A stretch of 64,000 nucleotides of DNA from Eledone cirrhosa (Eukaryota). The notes below the pieces were generated by a model. It searched no databases. It saw only the letters and a list, made by a program, of their open reading frames with translations, and had not been told where the DNA came from. Of the stretch, positions 1-12,000 are shown piece by piece (the first letter of the stretch is position 1; each line of letters opens with the position of its first letter). Position numbers and translations under genes: made by a program. The DNA lies in the NCBI GenBank assembly GCA_964016885.1, contig OZ024740.1:137826001-137890000 (forward strand), given 5' to 3'.

Positions 1-3000
1 TCAATCTCCAATTCTCTCTTACTCTTCTAACTTTTCCCCCGATCTCCAATTCTATCTTTCTCTTCTCACTTTTCCCCCAATCTCCAATTCTCTCTTTCTC
101 TCATCACTTTTCTCTCAATCTCCAATTCTCTCTTTCTCTTATCACTTTTCTCTCAATCTCCAATTCTCTCTTTCTCTTATCACATTTCCCCCATCTCCAA
201 TTCTCTCTTTCTCATATCACTTTTCTCTCAATCTCCAATTCTCTCTTTCTCAAATCACTTTTTCTCTCAATCTCCTATTCTCTCTTTCTCTTATCACTTT
301 TCTCTCAATCTCCAATTCCCTCTTTCTCTTATCACTTTTCTCTCAATCTCTAATTATCTCTTTCTCTTATCACTTTTCTCTCAATCTCTAATTCTCTCTT
401 TCTCTTATCACTTTTCTCTCAATCTCCAATTCAATCTTACTCTTATCACTTTTCCCCCCAATCTCCAATTCTCTCTTTCTCTTATCACTTTTCTCTCACT
501 CTCCAATTCTCTCTTTCTCTTATGACTTTTCCCCCAATCTCCAATTCTCTCTTTCTCTTATCCCTTTTCTCTCAATCTCCAATTCTCTCTTTCTTTTCTC
601 ACTTTTCCCCCAATCTCCAATTCTCTCTTTCTCTTATCACTTTTCCCCCAATCTCCAATTCTCTCTTTCTCTTATCCCTTTTCTCTCAATCTCCAATTCT
701 CTCTTTCTCTTCTCACTTTTCCCCCAATCTCCAATTCTCTATTTCTCTACACACAAATCCCCTAATCTCCAATTCTCTCTTTCACTTATCAATTTTCTCT
801 CAATCTCCAATTCTCTCTTTCTCTTATCACTTTTCTCTCAATCTCCAATTCTCTCAATCTCTTATCACTTTTCTCTCAATCTCCAATTCCCTCTTTCTCT
901 TAGCACTTTTCTCTCAATCTCTAATTCTCTCTTTCTCTTATCACTTTTCTCTCAATCTCCAATTCTCTCTTTCTCTTATCACTTTTCCCCCAATCTCCAA
1001 TTCTCTCTTTCTCTTATCACTTTTCTCTCAATCTACAATTCTCTCTTTCTCTTATCACTTTTCCCCCAATCTCCAATTCTCTCTTTCTCTTATCACTTTT
1101 CTCTCACTCTCCAATTCTCTATTTCTCTTATGACTTTTCCCCCAATCCCCAATTCCCTCTTTCTATTATCAATTTTCTCTCAATCTCCAATTCTTTCTTT
1201 CTCTAATCACTTTTCCCCCAATCTCCAATTCTCTCTCTTTCTCTTATCACTTTTCTCTCAATCTCCAATTCTCTCTTTCTCTTATCACTTTTCCCCCAAT
1301 CTCCAATTCTCTCTTTCTCTTCTCACTTCTCTCTGAATCTCCAATTCTCTCTTTATCTTCTCACTTTTCTCTCAATCTCCAATCTTCTCTTTCTGTTCTA
1401 AGTTTACCCCCAATCTCCAAATCTCTCTTTCTCTCATCCCTTTTGTCTCAATCTCCAATTCACTCTTTCTCTTATCACTTTTCTCTCAATCTCCAATTCT
1501 CTCTTTCTCTTATCACTTTTCCCCCATCTCCAATTCTCTCTTTCTCTTATCACTTTTCTCTCAATCTCCAATTCTCTCTTTCTCTTATCACTTTTCTCTC
1601 AATCTCCAATTCTCTCTTTCTCTTATCACTTTTCTCTCAATCTCCAATTCCCTCTTTCTCTTATCACTTTTCTCTCAATCTCTAATTCTCTCTTTCTCTT
1701 ATCACTTTTCTCTCAATCTCCAATTCTCTCTTTCTCTTATCACTTTTCTCTCAATCTCCAATATTCTCTCTTTCTCTTATCACTTTTCTCTCACTCTCCA
1801 ATTCTCTCTTTCTCTTATCCCTTTTCCCCCAATCTCCAATTCTCTCTTTCTCTTATCAATTTTCTCTCAATCTCCAATTCTTTCTTTCTCTAATCACTTT
1901 TCCCCCAATCTCCAATTCTCTCTTTCTCTTATCACTTTTCTCTCAATCTCCAATTCTCCTTTTCACTTATCATTTTTTCTCAATCTCCAATTCTCTCTTT
2001 CTCTTATCACTTTTCTCTCAATCTCCAATTCTCTCTTTCTCTTATCAATTTTCCCCCAATCTCCAATTCTCTCTTTCTATTATCACTTTTCTCCCAATCT
2101 CCAATTCTCTCTTTCTCTTATCACCTTTCCCCCAATCTCCAATTCTCTCTTACTCTTATCACTTTTCTCTCAATCTCCAATTCTCTCTTTCTCTTATGAC
2201 TTTTCCCCCAATCTCCAATTCTCTCTTTCTGTTATCAATTTTCTCTCAATCTCCAATTCTTTCTTTCTCTTATCACTTTTCTCTCAATCTCCAATTCTCT
2301 CTTTCTCTTATCACTTTTCCGCCAAGCTCCAATTCTCTCTTTCTCTTATCACTTTTCTCTCAATCTCCAATTCTCCTTTTCACTTATCACTTTTTTCTCA
2401 ATCTCCAATTCTCTCTTTCTCTTATCACTTTTCTCTCAATCTCCAATTCTTTCTTTATCTAATCACTTTTCCCCCAATCTCCAATTCTCTCTTTCTCTTA
2501 TCACTTTTCTCTCAATCTCCAATTCTCCTTTTCACTTATCACTTTTTTCTCAATCTCCAATTCTCTCTTTCTCTTATCACTTTTCTCTCAATCTCCAATT
2601 CTCTCTTTCTCTTATCACCTTTCCCCCAATCTCCAATTCTCTCTTTCTCTTATCACTTTTCTCTCAATCTCCAATTCTCTCTTTCTCTTATCACTTTTCC
2701 CCCATCTCCAATTCTCTCTTTCTCTTATCACTTTTCTCTCAATCTCCAATTCTCTCTTTCTCTTATCACTTTTCTCTCAATCTCCAATTCCCTCTTTCTC
2801 TTATCACTTTTCTCTCAATCTCTAATTCTCTCTTTCTCTCATCACTTTTCTCTCAATCTCCAATTCTCTCTTTCTCTTATCACTTTTCCCCCCCAATCTC
2901 CAATTCTCTCTTTCTCTTATCACTTTTCTCTCACTCTCCAATTCTCTTTTTCTCTTATGACTTTTCCCCCAATCTCCAATTCTCTCTTTCTCTTATCCCT

Positions 3001-6000
3001 TTTCTCTCAATCTCCAATTCTCTCTTTCTTTTCTCACTTTTCCCCCAATCTCCAATTCTCTCTTTCTCTTCACACTTTTCCCCCAATCTCCAATTCTCTC
3101 TTTCTCTTATCACTTTTCCCCCAATCTCCAATTCTCTCTTTCTCTTATCCCTTTTCTCTCAATCTCCAATTCTCTCATTCTTTTCTCACTTTTCCCCCAA
3201 TCTCCAATTCTCTATTTCTCTACACACAAATCCCCTAATCTCCAATTCTCTCTTTCACTTATCAATTTTCTCTCAATCTCCAATTCTCTCTTTCTCTTAT
3301 CACTTTTCTCTCAATCTCCAATTCTCTCAATCTCTTATCACTTTTCTCTCAATCTCCATTTCCCTCTTTCTCTTATTACTTTTCTCTCAATCTCTAATTC
3401 TCTCTTTCTCTTATCACTTTTCTCTCAATCTGCAATTCTCTCTTTCTCTTATCACTTTTCCCCCAATCTCCAATTCTCTCTTTCTCTTATCACTTTTCTC
3501 TCACTCTCCAATTCTCTCTTTCTCTTATGACTTTTCCCCCAATCTCCAATTCTCTCTTTCTCTTATCAATGTTCTCTCTATCTCCAATTCTTTCTTTCTC
3601 TAATCACTTTTCCCCCAATCTCCAATTCTCTCTTTCTCTTATCACTTTTCTCTCAATCTCCAATTCTCCTTTTCACTTATCACTTTTTTCTCAATCTCCA
3701 ATTCTCTCTTTCTCTTATCACTTTTCTCTCAATCTCCAATTCTCTCTTTCTCTTATCACTTTTCCCCCAATCTCCAATTCTCTCTTTCTCTCATCACTTT
3801 TCGCTCAATCTCCAATTCGCTCTTTCTCTCCTCACTTTTCTCTGAATCTCAAATTCTCTCTTTATCTTCTCACTTTTCTCTCAATCTCCAATCCTCTCTT
3901 TCTGTTCTCAGTTTACTCCCAATCTCCAATTCTCTCTTTCTCTTATCACTTTTATCTCAATCTCCAATTCTCTCTTACTCTTCTAACTTTTCCCCCGATC
4001 TCCAATTCTATCTTTCTCTTCTCACTTTTCCCCCAATCTCCAATTCTCTCTTTCTCTCATCACTTTTCTCTCAATCTCCAATTCTCTCTTTCTCTTATCA
4101 CTTTTCTCTCAATCTCCAATTCTCTCTTTCTCTTATCACATTTCCCCCATCTCCAATTCTCTCTTTCTCATATCACTTTTCTCTCAATCTCCAATTCTCT
4201 CTTTCTCAAATCACTTTTTCTCTCAATCTCCTATTCTCTCTTTCTCTTATCACTTTTCTCTCAATCTCCAATTCCCTCTTTCTCTTATCACTTTTCTCTC
4301 AATCTCTAATTATCTCTTTCTCTTATCACTTTTCTCTCAATCTCTAATTCTCTCTTTCTCTTATCACTTTTCTCTCAATCTCCAATTCAATCTTACTCTT
4401 ATCACTTTTCCCCCCAATCTCCAATTCTCTCTTTCTCTTATCACTTTTCTCTCACTCTCCAATTCTCTCTTTCTCTTATGACTTTTCCCCCAATCTCCAA
4501 TTCTCTCTTTCTCTTATCCCTTTTCTCTCAATCTCCAATTCTCTCTTTCTTTTCTCACTTTTCCCCCAATCTCCAATTCTCTCTTTCTCTTATCACTTTT
4601 CCCCCAATCTCCAATTCTCTCTTTCTCTTATCCCTTTTCTCTCAATCTCCAATTCTCTCTTTCTCTTCTCACTTTTCCCCCAATCTCCAATTCTCTATTT
4701 CTCTACACACAAATCCCCTAATCTCCAATTCTCTCTTTCACTTATCAATTTTCTCTCAATCTCCAATTCTCTCTTTCTCTTATCACTTTTCTCTCAATCT
4801 CCAATTCTCTCAATCTCTTATCACTTTTCTCTCAATCTCCAATTCCCTCTTTCTCTTAGCACTTTTCTCTCAATCTCTAATTCTCTCTTTCTCTTATCAC
4901 TTTTCTCTCAATCTCCAATTCTCTCTTTCTCTTATCACTTTTCCCCCAATCTCCAATTCTCTCTTTCTCTTATCACTTTTCTCTCAATCTACAATTCTCT
5001 CTTTCTCTTATCACTTTTCCCCCAATCTCCAATTCTCTCTTTCTCTTATCACTTTTCTCTCACTCTCCAATTCTCTATTTCTCTTATGACTTTTCCCCCA
5101 ATCCCCAATTCCCTCTTTCTATTATCAATTTTCTCTCAATCTCCAATTCTTTCTTTCTCTAATCACTTTTCCCCCAATCTCCAATTCTCTCTCTTTCTCT
5201 TATCACTTTTCTCTCAATCTCCAATTCTCTCTTTCTCTTATCACTTTTCCCCCAATCTCCAATTCTCTCTTTCTCTTCTCACTTCTCTCTGAATCTCCAA
5301 TTCTCTCTTTATCTTCTCACTTTTCTCTCAATCTCCAATCTTCTCTTTCTGTTCTAAGTTTACCCCCAATCTCCAAATCTCTCTTTCTCTCATCCCTTTT
5401 GTCTCAATCTCCAATTCACTCTTTCTCTTATCACTTTTCTCTCAATCTCCAATTCTCTCTTTCTCTTATCACTTTTCCCCCATCTCCAATTCTCTCTTTC
5501 TCTTATCACTTTTCTCTCAATCTCCAATTCTCTCTTTCTCTTATCACTTTTCTCTCAATCTCCAATTCTCTCTTTCTCTTATCACTTTTCTCTCAATCTC
5601 CAATTCCCTCTTTCTCTTATCACTTTTCTCTCAATCTCTAATTCTCTCTTTCTCTTATCACTTTTCTCTCAATCTCCAATTCTCTCTTTCTCTTATCACT
5701 TTTCTCTCAATCTCCAATATTCTCTCTTTCTCTTATCACTTTTCTCTCACTCTCCAATTCTCTCTTTCTCTTATCCCTTTTCCCCCAATCTCCAATTCTC
5801 TCTTTCTCTTATCAATTTTCTCTCAATCTCCAATTCTTTCTTTCTCTAATCACTTTTCCCCCAATCTCCAATTCTCTCTTTCTCTTATCACTTTTCTCTC
5901 AATCTCCAATTCTCCTTTTCACTTATCATTTTTTCTCAATCTCCAATTCTCTCTTTCTCTTATCACTTTTCTCTCAATCTCCAATTCTCTCTTTCTCTTA
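1..6000. repeat. Higher-order duplication, offset 3956 bp (~1-2045 matches ~3957-6000)
   Basis: ORF translations are identical at 522/4478, 1130/5086 and 1443/5399. The rare variant ACTCTTCTAACTTTTCCCCCGATC occurs at ~21 and ~3977. The copies part at ~2045 vs ~6001. Confidence 0.93.
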
Positions 6001-9000
6001 TAACTTTTCGCCCAATCTCCAATTCTCTCTTTCTCTTATCACTTTTCTATCAATCTCAAATTCTCTCTTTCTCTTATCACTTTTCTATCAATCTCCAATT
6101 CTCTCTTTCTCTTCTCACATTTCCCCCAATCTCCAATTCTCTCTTTCTATTCTCACGTTTCCCCCAATCTCCAATTCTCTCTTTCTCTCATCACTTTTCT
6201 CTCAATCTCCAATTCTCTCTTTCTCTCCTAACTTTTCCCCCAATCTCCAATTCTCTCTTTATCTTCTCACTTTTCTCTCAATCTCCAATCCTCTCTTTCT
6301 GTTCTCAGTTTACTCCCAATCTCCAATTCGCTCTTTCTCTTATCACTTTTCTCTCAATCTCCAATTCTCTCTTACTCTTATCACTTTTCCCCAATCTCCA
6401 ATTCTCTCTTTCTATTATCACTTTTCTCTCAATCTCCAATTCTCTTTTTCTCTTATCACCTTTCCCCCAATCTCCAATTCTCTCTTTCTCTTATCACTTT
6501 TCTCTCAATCTCCAATTCTCTCTTTCTTTTATGACTTTTCCCTCAATCTCCAATTCTCTCTTTCTGTTATCAATTTTCTCTCAATCTCCAATTCTCTCTT
6601 TATCTTCTCACTTTTCTCTCAATCTCCAATTCTCTCTTTCTCTTATCACTTTTCTCTCCATCTCCAATTCTCTCTTTCTCTTATCACTTTTCTCTCAATC
6701 TCCAAATCTCTCTTTCTCTTATCACTTTTCTATCAATCTCCAATTCTCTCTTTCTCTTATCACTTTTCTCTCAATCTCCAATTCTCTCTTTCTCTTCTCA
6801 CATTTCCCCCAATCTCCAATTCTCTCTTTCTATTCTCACATTTCCCCCAATCCCCAATTCCCTCTTTCTCTCATCACTTTTCTCTCAATCTCCAATTCTC
6901 TCTTTCTCTCCTCACTTTTCTCTGAATCTCCAATTCTCTCTTTATCTTCTCACTTTTCTCTCAATCTCCAATCCTCTCTTTCTGTTCTCAGTTTACTCCC
7001 AATCTCCAATTCTCTCTTTCTCTTATCACTTTTCTCTCAATCTCCAAATCTCTCTTACTCTTATCACTTTTCCCCAATCTCCAATTCTCTCTTTCTATTA
7101 TCACTTTTCTCTCAATCTCCAATTCTCTCTTTCTCTTATCACCTTTCCCCCAATCTCCAATTCTCTCTTTCTCTTATCACTTTTCTCTCAATCTCCAATT
7201 CTCTCTTTCTTTTATGACTTTTCCCCCAATCTCCAATTCTCTCTTTCTGTAATCAATTTTCTCTCAATCTCCAATTCTCTCTTTATCTTCTCACTTTTTT
7301 CTCAATCTCCAATTCTCTCTTTCTCTTATCACTTTTCTCTCCATCTCCAATTCTCTCTTTCTCTTATCACTTTTCTCTCAATCTCCATATCTCTCTTTCT
7401 CTTCTCACTTTTCCTCCAATCTCCAATTCTCTCTTTCTCTTATCACTTTTCCCCCATCTCCAATTCTCTCTTTCTCTTATCACTTTTCTCTCAATCTCCA
7501 ATTCTCTCTTTCTCTTATCACTTTTCTCTCAATCTCCAATTCTCTCTTTCTCAAATCACTTTTCTCTCAATCTCCTATTCTCTCTTTCTCTTATCACTTT
7601 TCCCCCATCTCCAATTCTCTCTTTCTCTTATCACTTTTCTCTGAATCTCCAATTCTCTCTTTATCTTCTCACTTTTCTCTCTATCTCCAATCATCTCTTT
7701 CTCTTCTCAGTTTACCCCCAATCTCCAATTCTCTCTTTCTCTCATCCCTTTTCTCTCAATCTCCAATTCGCTCTTTCTCTTATCACTTTTCTCTCAATCT
7801 CCAATTCTCTCATTCTCTTATCACTTTTCCCCCATCTCCAATTCTCTCTTTCTCTTATCACTTTTCCCCCAATCTCCAATTCTCTCTTTCTCTTATCGCT
7901 TTTCTCTCAATATCCAATTCTCTCTTTCTCTTATCACTTTTCCCCCAATCTCCAATTCTCTCTTTCTCTTATCACTTTTCCCCCAATCTCCAATTCTCTC
8001 TTTCTCTTATCACTTTTTTCTCACTCTCCAATTCTCTATTTCTCTTATGACTTTTCCCCCAATCCCCAATTCTCTCTTTCTATTATCAATTTTCTCTCAA
8101 TCTCCAATTCTTTCTTTCTCTAATCACTTTTCCCCCAATCTCCAATTCTCTCTTTCTCTTCTCACTTTTCTCTGAATCTCCAATTCTCTCTTTATCTTCT
8201 CACTTTTCTCTCATTCTCCAATCTTCTCTTTCTGTTCTCAGTTTACCCCCAATCTCCAATTCTCTCTTTCTCTCATCCCTTTTCTCTCAATCTCCAATTC
8301 TCTCTTTCTCAAATCACTTTTTCTCTCAATCTCCTATTCTCTCTTTCTCTTATCACTTTTCTCTCAATCTCCAATTCCCTCTTTCTCTTATCACTTTTCT
8401 CTCAATCTCTAATTATCTCTTTCTCTTATCACTTTTCTCTCAATCTCTAATTCTCTCTTTCTCTTATCACTTTTCTCTCAATCTCCAATTCAATCTTACT
8501 CTTATCACTTTTCCCCCCAATCTCCAATTCTCTCTTTCTCTTATCACTTTTCTCTCACTCTCCAATTCTCTCTTTCTCTTATGACTTTTCCCCCAATCTC
8601 CAATTCTCTCTTTCTCTTATCCCTTTTCTCTCAATCTCCAATTCTCTCTTTCTTTTCTCACTTTTCCCCCAATCTCCAATTCTCTCTTTCTCTTATCACT
8701 TTTCCCCCAATCTCCAATTCTCTCTTTCTCTTATCCCTTTTCTCTCAATCTCCAATTCTCTCTTTCTCTTCTCACTTTTCCCCCAATCTCCAATTCTCTA
8801 TTTCTCTACACACAAATCCCCTAATCTCCAATTCTCTCTTTCACTTATCAATTTTCTCTCAATCTCCAATTCTCTCTTTCTCTTATCACTTTTCTCTCAA
8901 TCTCCAATTCTCTCAATCTCTTATCACTTTTCTCTCAATCTCCAATTCCCTCTTTCTCTTAGCACTTTTCTCTCAATCTCTAATTCTCTCTTTCTCTTAT

Positions 9001-12000
9001 CACTTTTCTCTCAATCTCCAATTCTCTCTTTCTCTTATCACTTTTCCCCCAATCTCCAATTCTCTCTTTCTCTTATCACTTTTCTCTCAATCTACAATTC
9101 TCTCTTTCTCTTATCACTTTTCCCCCAATCTCCAATTCTCTCTTTCTCTTATCACTTTTCTCTCACTCTCCAATTCTCTATTTCTCTTATGACTTTTCCC
9201 CCAATCCCCAATTCCCTCTTTCTATTATCAATTTTCTCTCAATCTCCAATTCTTTCTTTCTCTAATCACTTTTCCCCCAATCTCCAATTCTCTCTCTTTC
9301 TCTTATCACTTTTCTCTCAATCTCCAATTCTCTCTTTCTCTTATCACTTTTCCCCCAATCTCCAATTCTCTCTTTCTCTTCTCACTTCTCTCTGAATCTC
9401 CAATTCTCTCTTTATCTTCTCACTTTTCTCTCAATCTCCAATCTTCTCTTTCTGTTCTAAGTTTACCCCCAATCTCCAAATCTCTCTTTCTCTCATCCCT
9501 TTTGTCTCAATCTCCAATTCACTCTTTCTCTTATCACTTTTCTCTCAATCTCCAATTCTCTCTTTCTCTTATCACTTTTCCCCCATCTCCAATTCTCTCT
9601 TTCTCTTATCACTTTTCTCTCAATCTCCAATTCTCTCTTTCTCTTATCACTTTTCTCTCAATCTCCAATTCTCTCTTTCTCTTATCACTTTTCTCTCAAT
9701 CTCCAATTCCCTCTTTCTCTTATCACTTTTCTCTCAATCTCTAATTCTCTCTTTCTCTTATCACTTTTCTCTCAATCTCCAATTCTCTCTTTCTCTTCTC
9801 ACTTCTCTCTGAATCTCCAATTCTCTCTTTATCTTCTCACTTTTCTCTCAATCTCCAATCTTCTCTTTCTGTTCTAAGTTTACCCCCAATCTCCAAATCT
9901 CTCTTTCTCTCATCCCTTTTGTCTCAATCTCCAATTCACTCTTTCTCTTATCACTTTTCTCTCAATCTCCAATTCTCTCTTTCTCTTATCACTTTTCCCC
10001 CATCTCCAATTCTCTCTTTCTCTTATCACTTTTCTCTCAATCTCCAATTCTCTCTTTCTCTTATCACTTTTCTCTCAATCTCCAATTCTCTCTTTCTCTT
10101 ATCACTTTTCTCTCAATCTCCAATATTCTCTCTTTCTCTTATCACTTTTCTCTCACTCTCCAATTCTCTCTTTCTCTTATCCCTTTTCCCCCAATCTCCA
10201 ATTCTCTCTTTCTCTTATCAATTTTCTCTCAATCTCCAATTCTTTCTTTCTCTAATCACTTTTCCCCCAATCTCCAATTCTCTCTTTCTCTTATCACTTT
10301 TCTCTCAATCTCCAATTCTCCTTTTCACTTATCATTTTTTCTCAATCTCCAATTCTCTCTTTCTCTTATCACTTTTCTCTCAATCTCCAATTCTCTCTTT
10401 CTCTTATAACTTTTCGCCCAATCTCCAATTCTCTCTTTCTCTTATCACTTTTCTATCAATCTCAAATTCTCTCTTTCTCTTATCACTTTTCTCTCAATCT
10501 CCAATTCTCTCTTTCTCTTCTCACATTTCCCCCAATCTCCAATTCTCTCTTTCTATTCTCACGTTTCCCCCAATCTCCAATTCTCTCTTTCTCTCATCAC
10601 TTTTCTCTCAATCTCCAATTCTCTCTTTCTCTCCTAACTTTTCCCCCAATCTCCAATTCTCTCTTTATCTTCTCACTTTTCTCTCAATCTCCAATCCTCT
10701 CTTTCTGTTCTCAGTTTACTCCCAATCTCCAATTCGCTCTTTCTCTTATCACTTTTCTCTCAATCTCCAATTCTCTCTTACTCTTATCACTTTTCCCCAA
10801 TCTCCAATTCTGTCTTTCTATTATCACTTTTCTCTCAATCTCCAATTCTCTTTTTCTCTTATCACCTTTCCCCCAATCTCCAATTCTCTCTTTCTCTTAT
10901 CACTTTTCTCTCAATCTCCAATTCTCTCTTTCTTTTATGACTTTTCCCTCAATCTCCAATTCTCTCTTTCTGTTATCAATTTTCTCTCAATCTCCAATTC
11001 TCTCTTTATCTTCTCACTTTTCTCTCAATCTCCAATTCTCTCTTTCTCTTATCACTTTTCTCTCCATCTCCAATTCTCTCTTTCTCTTATCACTTTTCTC
11101 TCAATCTCCAAATCTCTCTTTCTCTTATCACTTTTCTATCAATCTCCAATTCTCTCTTTCTCTTATCACTTTTCTCTCAATCTCCAATTCTCTCTTTCTC
11201 TTCTCACATTTCCCCCAATCTCCAATTCTCTCTTTCTATTCTCACATTTCCCCCAATCCCCAATTCCCTCTTTCTCTCATCACTTTTCTCTCAATCTCCA
11301 ATTCTCTCTTTCTCTCCTCACTTTTCTCTGAATCTCCAATTCTCTCTTTATCTTCTCACTTTTCTCTCAATCTCCAATCCTCTCTTTCTGTTCTCAGTTT
11401 ACTCCCAATCTCCAATTCTCTCTTTCTCTTATCACTTTTCTCTCAATCTCCAAATCTCTCTTACTCTTATCACTTTTCCCCAATCTCCAATTCTCTCTTT
11501 CTATTATCACTTTTCTCTCAATCTCCAATTCTCTCTTTCTCTTATCACCTTTCCCCCAATCTCCAATTCTCTCTTTCTCTTATCACTTTTCTCTCAATCT
11601 CCAATTCTCTCTTTCTTTTATGACTTTTCCCCCAATCTCCAATTCTCTCTTTCTGTAATCAATTTTCTCTCAATCTCCAATTCTCTCTTTATCTTCTCAC
11701 TTTTTTCTCAATCTCCAATTCTCTCTTTCTCTTATCACTTTTCTCTCCATCTCCAATTCTCTCTTTCTCTTATCACTTTTCTCTCAATCTCCATATCTCT
11801 CTTTCTCTTCTCACTTTTCCTCCAATCTCCAATTCTATCTTTCTCTTATCACTTTTCCCCCATCTCCAATTCTCTCTTTCTCTTATCACTTTTCTCTCAA
11901 TCTCCAATTCTCTCTTTCTCTTATCACTTTTCTCTCAATCTCCAATTCTCTCTTTCTCAAATCACTTTTCTCTCAATCTCCTATTCTCTCTTTCTCTTAT

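Noticed and set aside
759-765. Telomere hexamers CCCTAA (landmark junction) and CCCCAA (CCCC subtype)
   Set aside because: They occur only as isolated single hexamers, never in tandem, and are expected by chance in C-rich sequence.
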